DNA of 32,000 bases, from assembly GCA_016709765.1 (NCBI GenBank), contig JADJMD010000013.1:376593-408592 (forward strand), in the 5' to 3' direction. The position numbers and the translations under genes were made by a program. The stretch is from Ignavibacteriales bacterium. GTDB lineage: Bacteria; Bacteroidota; Ignavibacteria; Ignavibacteriales; Ignavibacteriaceae. The notes under the pieces were generated by a model. It was not told where the DNA came from. It searched no databases and worked only from the letters and a program-made list of their open reading frames with translations. Below, in pieces: positions 10,125 to 17,804 of this stretch (the stretch's first letter is position 1; the number at the start of each line of letters is the position of its first letter).

Positions 10125-10144
10125 TAGTTAACATTCACTAACAA
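10125..10144 (-). promoter_or_regulatory. Candidate TetR operator: TAGTTA-N8-TAACAA (one arm mismatch)
   Basis: Lies 19-38 nt upstream of the TetR start at 10106. Shares GTTA-(a/t)c(a/g)ttcac-TAACAA with the site at 9477..9496. Confidence 0.3.
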
Positions 10145-10248
10145 AGATAACATAAAAATATGATTTGTCAAGAGTTATTATCTTATTGTTTCTGACTTGT
10201 GACATCAATCAATGATTTTGCGAAAATAAACATAAGGTAATAAACTAA

Positions 10249-10563
10249 TTATTTAATCATAGTCAAAAGCATTTTTGATTTTACAGTTGCTTTCAACCCG
10301 TGAGGAATATCCGCAGGTAGCACAAGTATCTCTCCTGCTTTAACATTATAAGGATTACCGCCAATCTTAATTTCCATTTCACCATCAACCATATAAACAA
10401 CTGCTTCATAAGGCGAAGTATGTTCTGTTAACGATTCATCTTTATCAAATGCAAACAAAGTAATATTTCCATTGGGTTTTTTAAGAATCTGTTTACTAAC
10501 GATTGAACCATTTTGATATCCGATTGTATCAATCAGCATTTCTTTATTTGTTGTTTCTGCCAT
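10249..10563 (-). CDS. Single-domain cupin protein
   Basis: 104 aa. The segment GEMEIKIGGNPYNVKAGEILVLPADIPHGLKA fits the cupin beta-barrel motif-2 region, and EHTSPYEAVVYMVDG fits the motif-1 region. Confidence 0.7.
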   Translation of the reverse strand: MAETTNKEMLIDTIGYQNGSIVSKQILKKPNGNITLFAFDKDESLTEHTSPYEAVVYMVDGEMEIKIGGNPYNVKAGEILVLPADIPHGLKATVKSKMLLTMIK

Positions 10564-10664
10564 TTTATTTTTTCCTTAGTGATATAACTATCTTTTAACT
10601 AATCCAGCATCTTTAAAAGTTAAGAAGTAAACTTCTAACAATTATTTAATTTTTATTCTGATGT

Positions 10665-11255
10665 TTAATGCCCTGAATGTGAGCCGCTGCCATGTTCAAT
10701 AATATCGTGTATTGCTTCAACTGTATGCGTATAGTCAACATAAGCCGCTACAAATTCTCTTCCTATTTCAACTGAATCATCTTTTACTTTATTGAGTTCA
10801 GAAACTTTTTGATATTTATCGCGAACAACTTTATCAATATGATTATTCAGCTTGACCAAAAAATCATCCACATTTTCTTCTTTAATTGCTTTATCAGTCA
10901 TTTGAATAATCGGTTTTGTAGTTCCTGCAGGTTTTAAGCCTGTGTATGGAGCACCTTCTGTTTCACGATGCAATCGAACAAGTGTCTCGAAAAAATGTTT
11001 CTCCACGATCTCATAAACTTCTTTATCTCCATTGCGCAATTCGAAGGTTTTTCGAAACAATGTTGTTATCTCTTTCTCTTGTTCTTTAGTTACCCATTTA
11101 AGAACTAAATTAACATTGTTTGTTTCGAGTGCCATTTCAGCATCTTTAATTACTGGTCCATCATAAGAATCACAGTGTGCTGATGCTGTTTTAGTGAATA
11201 TGAAAATGAATGATGCAAATAACAACATCATTGAAAGTTTTGATTTGAGTAACAT
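10665..11255 (-). CDS. Secreted protein of unknown function (DUF6448-like by recollection), with predicted mature N-terminal His-Cys and a His-rich C-terminal tail
   Basis: Signal peptide ending in an AXA site (TASA|HCDSYDGPV). C-terminus is EHGSGSHSGH. Only 24 nt downstream of the ferredoxin gene, so probably in the same operon. Confidence 0.55.
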   Translation of the reverse strand: MLLKSKLSMMLLFASFIFIFTKTASAHCDSYDGPVIKDAEMALETNNVNLVLKWVTKEQEKEITTLFRKTFELRNGDKEVYEIVEKHFFETLVRLHRETEGAPYTGLKPAGTTKPIIQMTDKAIKEENVDDFLVKLNNHIDKVVRDKYQKVSELNKVKDDSVEIGREFVAAYVDYTHTVEAIHDIIEHGSGSHSGH

Positions 11256-11279
11256 GTTTTATCTCCCTTAATTTTTAAT

Positions 11280-11504
11280 TTATTTTCTTTTAATTGCATT
11301 CATCGGACAGATAGCAATACATTTTATTTTGTTTAAACCAGCACATTCGTCGCAAATTTCAGTTATAATAAAAAAATGATCCTCCGAAATCGGCGACATA
11401 AAGTTCTCTTTTATTTTCCAAACAATGCCAGGTTCATAAATCGCTTCTGTTGGACATTCTACTGCACAGGCTCCGCAGTTAATGCAATCTTCGGTAATTT
11501 TCAT
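11280..11504 (-). CDS. 2x[4Fe-4S] ferredoxin
   Basis: Contains CINCGACAVECP and CDEC-x8-C-x3-CP cluster motifs. 74 aa. 4-nt overlap with the upstream gene. Confidence 0.8.
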   Translation of the reverse strand: MKITEDCINCGACAVECPTEAIYEPGIVWKIKENFMSPISEDHFFIITEICDECAGLNKIKCIAICPMNAIKRK

Positions 11505-11956
11505 TTCACTTCACCTTTTGATTTTACATATTGAATTCGAACAGGTCTGATTCTTCCCCATATTGAATAAAAAAATAATCCTATAGCTAAAATTTGAAAT
11601 GTCGAGGCGATCGTTATCCAGATACCTATCCAATCATAAAAGTAAAATCCCTTCATAATCTGGAGTACAAATCTTATTAATGTAGTAAATGTCATCGCCC
11701 AATATGTTATATAGATTAGCAGAGGGTTGTATTTTTTATCCTCTTTTTCTGCTTTTGGGAAAAACCACAATGCAACACCCATAATCATCATCAATACTGA
11801 ACCTGCTAAAATTATATGTGTATGTGCAGTTATAATTTCTGGATAATAACCCGACTTAAAAACGTATCTAGAAAAAGACATAAAAAGTCCGCTTAATATT
11901 CCAATAATTAAAAATACTATGCTTGTTTTTATAAAATATCGTACTGTTGTAAACAT
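11501..11956 (-). CDS. 4-TM membrane protein, a single-module paralogue of the repeat unit in 12270..13535
   Basis: 151 aa. The motif AHTHIILAGSVLMMIMGVALWFFP (H45, H47, P67) aligns with the H-x-H...G...P modules of the 421-aa protein. Confidence 0.6.
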   Translation of the reverse strand: MFTTVRYFIKTSIVFLIIGILSGLFMSFSRYVFKSGYYPEIITAHTHIILAGSVLMMIMGVALWFFPKAEKEDKKYNPLLIYITYWAMTFTTLIRFVLQIMKGFYFYDWIGIWITIASTFQILAIGLFFYSIWGRIRPVRIQYVKSKGEVK

Positions 11957-11959
11957 AGC

Positions 11960-12262
11960 TTAACCTATATGTCCTAATTCCTGTCGAGCTTCATCAGTCA
12001 TTTTATCAGGTGTCCATTTAGGTTCCCAGACAAGATTTATAATTACTTTTTTTTCTGGTTCTAAGTGTCCGACTACATTTTCAACCCAAGCTGAAATACT
12101 GCTGTGCATCGGACAGCCCGGCGTAGTTAGGGTCATTGTGATTACATTTGCTTCATTGTTGGATTCAACTTCATAAACGAGCCCAAGATCAACGATATTA
12201 ATTCCTATCTCTGGATCAATAACACCTTTTAGAACTTCCAATATTTCTTCTTTGTTTGCCAT
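11960..12262 (-). CDS. DUF59 / SufT-like Fe-S (metal-sulfur) cluster assembly factor
   Basis: VIDPEIGINIVDLGLVY and TLTTPGCPM are hallmark motifs of the DUF59 (MIP18/PaaD-like) family. Confidence 0.8.
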   Translation of the reverse strand: MANKEEILEVLKGVIDPEIGINIVDLGLVYEVESNNEANVITMTLTTPGCPMHSSISAWVENVVGHLEPEKKVIINLVWEPKWTPDKMTDEARQELGHIG

Positions 12263-12269
12263 ATAGTTT

Positions 12270-13535
12270 TTACTTCCTGAAAATTGTTATCATATTAAAT
12301 AGAAAGATTACAGAACTGATAAACATTATTGAAAATGAAATCATTACTCCTATTACACTTCCAAATGCCAAAGAGTAAAGAGAGCCGAAAACTGCTGTAA
12401 TCATTAAATAGAACTCAATCTGTGCAAACTTTTCATTGAACATATCTTTTAACATCGGCACCGGTTCAAGCCCGACTTTACTGCTGTATTTGTGGTACCA
12501 AACAAGAAATGGTACAATCTTGTACATCTGTCCAACAATAAGCATAGAGATGTAACCGAAGATTATCATATAACCGTAAATAAGTGTAAGGTTGATAATG
12601 TTTTGATAATCAACAAATGCAATAAAAGTTCCGAGTATGGTTGTTAGTCCAAGCATAAGATATGCAACAACAGAAAACTTAATACCTATATCATACTTTT
12701 TTCTAATTCTGTTTTTGAAAATGATACGAATTTGAAGAAGGAAGAAAATTATCCCTAAAACAATTAGTCCGGTGAATATGTAATAAAGAAACGTTGTATC
12801 CTTGTAATGCATAATAGTAGATATCCCAAGTAAGCCTACGTTAAGAATCCAGAAGGCTAGTTTTGCATTTGTTAAAGGAAAACCATGTGAAAGAGTAAAC
12901 ATTGGAATAAGCTTAAATGAAACTCCCATTATCACCATAGAAACCCAGCCAATGAAAGCAATGTGTGCGTGTAAATTTAAATATTGAAGATGATCTAACT
13001 TTACGTATGGTGTCCATAGATTTATAGCCAGCAAAAGTCCTGCTATCGCAGTTACAATCAAATAGAAAATTGCCGCTGCAAGGTACCACGCAGTAACGTT
13101 CCATTTCTTAACGCTTTTCATAGTAATGATTATATTAAACGAAAAGATGAACATTGCAAGATTAAGTAGTACTGCTGAAAATGTCATATTAATTCCGGTA
13201 TCGAATACCCAGAAGCAATAGACTAAACCGATAACGCCAGGCAGATAAATCCAGAACTGAATCTCCGCGAGTTTTTCACTGAACAATTTTGTTTCGAGAA
13301 CTACAGGAACAAGCTGAAACATCGCACCAAATATTATCATCGTTATCCAACCGAGTGTTGCAACGTGATTGATTGAAAGAATCTTAGGATTGAAATGATG
13401 CCCCACTATTTCAGAATAATTAAGAAGTAAAAGAAAATTTAAAAGTACAAACGAAACAATGGCTGCGATAAAATATTTTGCAACTAATTTGAATGGGGGT
13501 GCATATGCAGAAACTATTGATTCGGATTGAATCAT
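12270..13535 (-). CDS. 12-TM membrane protein with threefold internal repeat, distantly related to heme-copper oxidase subunit I
   Basis: 421 aa. Three ~132-aa modules carry SINHVATLGWITMIIFGAMFQLVP (H57-P76), LHAHIAFIGWVSMVIMGVSFKLIP (H189/H191-P211) and IYGYMIIFGYISMLIVGQMYKIVP (Y320/Y322-P342). These resemble the helix-2 heme-ligand segment of the adjacent HCO (TAHPLVGIFGSTYSIVFGAFLFLVP). Confidence 0.6.
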   Translation of the reverse strand: MIQSESIVSAYAPPFKLVAKYFIAAIVSFVLLNFLLLLNYSEIVGHHFNPKILSINHVATLGWITMIIFGAMFQLVPVVLETKLFSEKLAEIQFWIYLPGVIGLVYCFWVFDTGINMTFSAVLLNLAMFIFSFNIIITMKSVKKWNVTAWYLAAAIFYLIVTAIAGLLLAINLWTPYVKLDHLQYLNLHAHIAFIGWVSMVIMGVSFKLIPMFTLSHGFPLTNAKLAFWILNVGLLGISTIMHYKDTTFLYYIFTGLIVLGIIFFLLQIRIIFKNRIRKKYDIGIKFSVVAYLMLGLTTILGTFIAFVDYQNIINLTLIYGYMIIFGYISMLIVGQMYKIVPFLVWYHKYSSKVGLEPVPMLKDMFNEKFAQIEFYLMITAVFGSLYSLAFGSVIGVMISFSIMFISSVIFLFNMITIFRK

Positions 13536-13537
13536 AA

Positions 13538-14347
13538 TTAATCGTTTCTCTTTTTCATTATTACAACCTTAAAATAATTTTCATCAATCTTATTTGTAAT
13601 TGCTGTGTAACCTCGTTCCTCAAGTTTTGGATAAAGCATCATCGGTTCACGATGATGATGAACAACCATTACTGTTTTTTCATCAACTCTGGAAATGTTT
13701 TCAAGTATCTTCATCATTGGTTCGGGCGGAGCTAATTCACGAACATCAAGCTCGATGACATTTTCATACTCAGCAAGAGATACCTGACTTATGTTCGATT
13801 CTACTTTTACTTTAGATTTGTTTACATCATTTTTGTAGAAGAAAACATTAAACACGCTGCCATCGTTTTCTGTCCAGTGCTCAAAACCTTTATTCTGCAT
13901 TACTGAATAAAGCGGAATTGGTTCAAACGAATTTATCAAATGAAAAACTTCCTCATCTTTTAGAGATTTTACTTTTGCCATTATCTCAAGGAAAGGATCT
14001 TTTCCAGAATCGATTATCGATCTTACATCCATCTTTTGAATTTTATCAGCACTTTTGTTTTTTAGAAGTTCAGGTTTTTCTATTTGAGTCATTTTTTCTT
14101 CCGTGCTTTCTTCATTAATAGTTTCAGTAATATCTGCATTGATTGATTTATTTAATTCATTTAATAAAAGAACGAGATTCACACCTGCAATTCCAGCTGC
14201 TTGCTCAACATTCACTCTGCTTGCAAGTGTTTTTCTCAGAATTTTGTTTTTGAGCCTAGCAAAATGAGGACTAAAGTTAACCAGCAACTCGAGCGTATCT
14301 GGATATTCTGCCAGCAGCTTCGATATTTTCACATCCTTGGTAATCAT
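13538..14347 (-). CDS. DUF1858 + two DUF2249 domain protein
   Basis: The N-terminus ITKDVKISKLLAEYPDTLELL...VNVEQAAGIAGVNLVLLLNELN is ScdA-N/DUF1858-like. It is followed by MDVRSIIDSGKDPFLEI...FHLINSFEPIPLY and LDVRELAPPEPMMKIL...MVVHHHREPMMLY, which are DUF2249-like. Confidence 0.7.
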   Translation of the reverse strand: MITKDVKISKLLAEYPDTLELLVNFSPHFARLKNKILRKTLASRVNVEQAAGIAGVNLVLLLNELNKSINADITETINEESTEEKMTQIEKPELLKNKSADKIQKMDVRSIIDSGKDPFLEIMAKVKSLKDEEVFHLINSFEPIPLYSVMQNKGFEHWTENDGSVFNVFFYKNDVNKSKVKVESNISQVSLAEYENVIELDVRELAPPEPMMKILENISRVDEKTVMVVHHHREPMMLYPKLEERGYTAITNKIDENYFKVVIMKKRND

Positions 14348-14364
14348 TGTTGAAATATTTTTAG

Positions 14365-14586
14365 TTAAACTTTCGAAATATTTACACGCCAGACTTCAGG
14401 ACCACGCTCGATATATTCCCAGCCAAACTGATTTGCTTTTTCTGCCTGGAACTGATAATAAAGCGGAATCGGGTCGTGATCATTTATAAGCTGAAATGCT
14501 TCGCCGCTTTGCAAATCATCAAATGTCTTCATAATTGTTGAATGCTTCTCTCGTGGTACAACTGGTCTGATATCTAGTTCTGTCAT
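14365..14586 (-). CDS. DUF2249 domain protein
   Basis: 73 aa. LDIRPVVPREKHSTIMKTFDDLQSGEAFQLINDHDPIPLYYQF...WRVNISK matches the DUF2249 pattern. Confidence 0.7.
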   Translation of the reverse strand: MTELDIRPVVPREKHSTIMKTFDDLQSGEAFQLINDHDPIPLYYQFQAEKANQFGWEYIERGPEVWRVNISKV

Positions 14587-14647
14587 AATATTTTCCTGAT
14601 TTATTATTGTTACACTTCAAACGTATAACATTGGTATACTAATTTCC

Positions 14648-14661
14648 TTGACTTAAGTCAG
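14648..14661 (-). promoter_or_regulatory. Candidate FNR/Dnr-type box TTGAC-TTAA-GTCAG
   Basis: The core TGACTTAAGTCA is a perfect 12-bp palindrome, centred ~68 nt upstream of the DUF2249 start (14586). A TAcgTTTG element (minus strand, 14618-14625) lies ~30-36 nt downstream of the box centre. The adjacent regulator has an FNR-type E-x-x-S-R recognition helix. Confidence 0.4.
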
Positions 14662-14728
14662 GTTTGTTATCTTTTTTGGAAAATGAAAATCGAAGGGAAT
14701 GGTTTCTGGTTTTATGATATAATGAGGT

Positions 14729-15445
14729 TTACTTTGCGAGATCTTTTAATCTTTTTATATCATTAACAAAAATAGATTTTCCATTAACGCGGATAACACC
14801 TTCATCTTGTAATTTTTTCAGACTTCTTGATAGGGTTTCGGTAATTGTACCGAGATACGCGGCAATGGTTGTTTTGGGAACTGATAATTTCACGAAAGGT
14901 TCTGCCAGCTTTTCAGTTCCCGAAGTTTTAATTTCTTTAAGAATATATTTTGCCAAACGATTTGGTATTTCCTTTGAAGTAAGGTCCTCAACCTGATTAA
15001 CCATTGCTTTTAGTCTCTTCGCAAATCCAGCAAGCATCCTAAGCGAGATTTCAGGGTTCTCATAAATTAGTTCTAAAAATCCTTCTTTTGATATACATAG
15101 TACCAGAGATTCTTCTAAACACTTTGCAGTTACAGGATAATCTGTTCCCTCAAAAAGCGGAATATCTGCAAAAGAGTTTAGAGGTTTTATGATATGGACT
15201 ACTGCTTCTTTTCCATCAGATGAGACTTTATAAACTTTAATCGTACCCTTTAGTAAAATATAAAATCCTGTATAAAAATCACCTTGATGAAATAAAAAAT
15301 CATTTTTCTGGAATTTTTTAACTCTGCTAAATGATGTAACTTTTCTTAAATCCTCAATACTCAACTCAGAAAAGAGGGGTAGCCTTCTTAATGTCTCTTT
15401 GCTGTCTATAGATTCAGTTGAATTGTCTTTTAGATGATTATTCAT
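14729..15445 (-). CDS. Crp/Fnr-family transcriptional regulator (no N-terminal Cys cluster; Dnr/NnrR/HcpR-like class)
   Basis: 238 aa with a cNMP-binding-like N-domain (LPLFSELS...FLFHQGD...) and a C-terminal HTH TIAAYLGTITETLSRSLKKLQDEG. Confidence 0.85.
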   Translation of the reverse strand: MNNHLKDNSTESIDSKETLRRLPLFSELSIEDLRKVTSFSRVKKFQKNDFLFHQGDFYTGFYILLKGTIKVYKVSSDGKEAVVHIIKPLNSFADIPLFEGTDYPVTAKCLEESLVLCISKEGFLELIYENPEISLRMLAGFAKRLKAMVNQVEDLTSKEIPNRLAKYILKEIKTSGTEKLAEPFVKLSVPKTTIAAYLGTITETLSRSLKKLQDEGVIRVNGKSIFVNDIKRLKDLAK

Positions 15446-15471
15446 AGTAAAAAAATAGACTTATCTTCTTA

Positions 15472-15509
15472 TAAAAAAAATCCCTTACTAATTATATTTA
15501 ATAAGGGAT
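15472..15509 (-). terminator. Rho-independent terminator after the HCO subunit I gene
   Basis: 8-bp stem ATCCCTTA/TAAGGGAT (15480-15487 and 15502-15509) with a 14-nt loop. On the minus strand it is followed by T8 (the plus-strand A-run at 15472-15479). Confidence 0.6.
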
Positions 15510-15529
15510 TCCAAAAAGAGAAACAATGT

Positions 15530-17152
15530 TTATTTTCCTGCTGGCAACAAATCTTTTGTATTAGATTTTGCAGGCATAAAAATTCCAATAACACCTTTTA
15601 ATCCAACACTCATAACGATATTAAAAAAGAAAGCAAGAAAAGCTAACAGTAAAAGAGTTCCGGAAAGTGCAGCTAAGATCATATAAAGACTATACTCACC
15701 ATCAAAATAAATTGTACGTCTTAACATTCCTTTTAATCCTGCCATTCCCATAAATGCACCCATTCCAATTCCACCTAATAAATGTGCCCAGAAATGGAAG
15801 TTGGCCAACTTTTGACTGTACAGTTTTGCATTGTTAGTTACTATAGGAAATAAAAAGTAAATAGCTGAGTAAAGTGTCATTGTTAATCCAACTAATATTG
15901 CAACGTGTACGTGCGGGCCAACAATCCACTGTGTGTTGTGCAAGATTCTATTCAAACCTAAATCGGCCTGCATTATTCCAGCCGGTACAGCAAGCGCAAA
16001 TCCCAACAATCCTCCTAATAAAAATTTTAGTGGATTTGTCATCTTTAATGGTCTTGCACTCCAAAGTGTTATTAAAGTTATAAAGAAAGCAAGTCCTTGT
16101 GTGATAAGCTCAAAAGCTGTTACCATTTCACCAGATAGTATCTTTAAAATCCCTGGTTGAGCCTGATCTGACATTAAATGATGTGACCAAACTGTCCAGC
16201 TAACAACCATCTCAACAAACAACGCCGCACGTGCCCAGTTTTCCATAAATAATTTTTTGCCGGTAATCAATGTTGCAAGTAAATACCAGGTGCCTGCTAC
16301 AAAAATTAAAACCAATCCATCGGCAATTAAATCCAAACCCCACCAGAACCAGTTTTTATAAAGCAAAGCATCTATTGAAGAATGTTTTAAACTTGATCCT
16401 GCAATTTCTGCAATCATATAAATTAAAATTAAAACACCTGTAAAAAGTATTATACCTGCATTTAAAGCAGTATCAACAGTACCTCTTGCAATTGCAGCAA
16501 CAGGTAGAGAAACCATATGTTCTTTTTTATTTTTTCTGAAAAGATTTTTTAATCCGCTTAACCCTAATGCTGAAGCTAATAATCCTTTTCCATCCTGCTT
16601 TTCCCAACCTTCCGGTGTGTAAGCAATTGTTCTAAAAATATTAAGGACAAAGAAAACAGTACCAACCATTATTAAAGCAATACCAAGAATAAAAAATGTA
16701 CCGCCCCAAACGCTAAATTGATTAAAGTCTGCAGGTAATGGCCAGTACAATGTATAAAGTGGTGCATAGTGAGTTAAAAATCCTGCAAACCAAAATGTAA
16801 ATGTTCCAACTGCGATTAAGCCGCAAGTCCAGTTAGCAAGTTTAATACTCCATAAAGGTTTGCTCATTAGAAATGGTACAAGAAATAAAAATGCACCAAA
16901 AACTATTGAGTAAGTTGATCCGAAAATTCCAACAAGAGGATGTGCAGTAAGCATACCAAAATATTGATCAGGTGGTATTGCTGCAATTGGTGTTACCTGG
17001 TAAACCCGCATAAGCATTCCCTCAACAAGAGCGAATAAGTAGTAAACCAATCCAACAACAACAAACCTTAAAATCATTTTTTGCATTGGAGTAAGTGAAT
17101 TGGGTTTGAATAACCCCTCTTCTCCATCCATAAATGTTTGTATAAAATTCAT
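15530..17152 (-). CDS. Heme-copper oxidase superfamily subunit I homologue with a non-canonical (NOR-like) active site
   Basis: 540 aa, about 12+ TM. H71 (MLTAHPLVG), H324-H325 (WSHHLM) and H414/H416 (GPHVHVA) are present. Helix 6 reads NWFWWGLDLIADGLV, so the canonical GHPxVY is absent, with D274 and D278 at the His and Tyr positions. Confidence 0.85.
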   Translation of the reverse strand: MNFIQTFMDGEEGLFKPNSLTPMQKMILRFVVVGLVYYLFALVEGMLMRVYQVTPIAAIPPDQYFGMLTAHPLVGIFGSTYSIVFGAFLFLVPFLMSKPLWSIKLANWTCGLIAVGTFTFWFAGFLTHYAPLYTLYWPLPADFNQFSVWGGTFFILGIALIMVGTVFFVLNIFRTIAYTPEGWEKQDGKGLLASALGLSGLKNLFRKNKKEHMVSLPVAAIARGTVDTALNAGIILFTGVLILIYMIAEIAGSSLKHSSIDALLYKNWFWWGLDLIADGLVLIFVAGTWYLLATLITGKKLFMENWARAALFVEMVVSWTVWSHHLMSDQAQPGILKILSGEMVTAFELITQGLAFFITLITLWSARPLKMTNPLKFLLGGLLGFALAVPAGIMQADLGLNRILHNTQWIVGPHVHVAILVGLTMTLYSAIYFLFPIVTNNAKLYSQKLANFHFWAHLLGGIGMGAFMGMAGLKGMLRRTIYFDGEYSLYMILAALSGTLLLLAFLAFFFNIVMSVGLKGVIGIFMPAKSNTKDLLPAGK

Positions 17153-17193
17153 TTCAAATCTCTTCTATTATTAAAAATTTATTATTTGATTTT

Positions 17194-17742
17194 TTAATCG
17201 ATTACTTCAACAACGTTTTTTTCAATCATTCCGATGCCTTTTGGGCCAGAGTATTCTGTTGAGCGAATTGTATAAACTCCGGGTCTATCAAAATGCCAGA
17301 GTATATCGTTATTATGTCCGGGTAGAACCTGCATCTGGAACATCATTGTATTATCCTCACGGAATAATCCGAAACCATAAGTAAGGTCTTCTGATTTAAC
17401 ATTGAACATAACTTTGTCATTTGTATTGATAATCATTTTTTCTGAAGGAAGAATAAACTTATGATCAACAACCGTTATGTTAAATGTTTTATCAGGGATA
17501 ATTTCTGCACGGTTCAAATCCAGTGGCTTCCACGGGATTGTTTCGTGTGTAACTATGTGAAGTGAAACCCCAAGAAGAACGAGAAAACCAACCAGGGAAT
17601 AAAAAAGCGCAGGTTTAATTTCTTTAGACCCTTCGCTTTTTGTTACATTATAAGCAAACCAACCCATAAGCAGCATAATTGCCAGCACATAAAATGTGTA
17701 CGCAAATGTTTGGCCAAGAAGAACTGTATTTGAATCAACCAT
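17194..17742 (-). CDS. HCO subunit II-like cupredoxin protein lacking all CuA ligands
   Basis: 182 aa with two N-terminal TMs and a cupredoxin-like domain. The CuA motif C-x-E-x-C-G-x-x-H-x-x-M is replaced by STEYSGPKGIGM (C->S, C->S, H->G). The upstream His position reads DLTYGFGLF (H->Y). Confidence 0.7.
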   Translation of the reverse strand: MVDSNTVLLGQTFAYTFYVLAIMLLMGWFAYNVTKSEGSKEIKPALFYSLVGFLVLLGVSLHIVTHETIPWKPLDLNRAEIIPDKTFNITVVDHKFILPSEKMIINTNDKVMFNVKSEDLTYGFGLFREDNTMMFQMQVLPGHNNDILWHFDRPGVYTIRSTEYSGPKGIGMIEKNVVEVID

Positions 17743-17768
17743 ACTACATTCCTTATAAAATAAATTAA

Positions 17769-17790
17769 AATGCTACCCAAACGTAGTATT
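17769..17790 (-). promoter_or_regulatory. Imperfect palindrome AATGCTAC-N6-GTAGTATT, a candidate Rrf2/NsrR-type operator
   Basis: 7 of 8 arm positions are complementary. It lies in the 62-nt gap between the Rrf2 gene stop (17805) and the HCO subunit II start (17742). Confidence 0.25.
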
Positions 17791-17804
17791 TAAGTTTAAA
17801 TAAA

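Noticed and set aside
12270-13535. Calling the 421-aa 12-TM protein NnrS
   Set aside because: The H-x-H-x-x-x-x-G segment is reminiscent of the NnrS HxHE(M/L)xFG motif as I remember it. But the Glu is absent and I cannot verify the family without a profile search. I kept a descriptive call.
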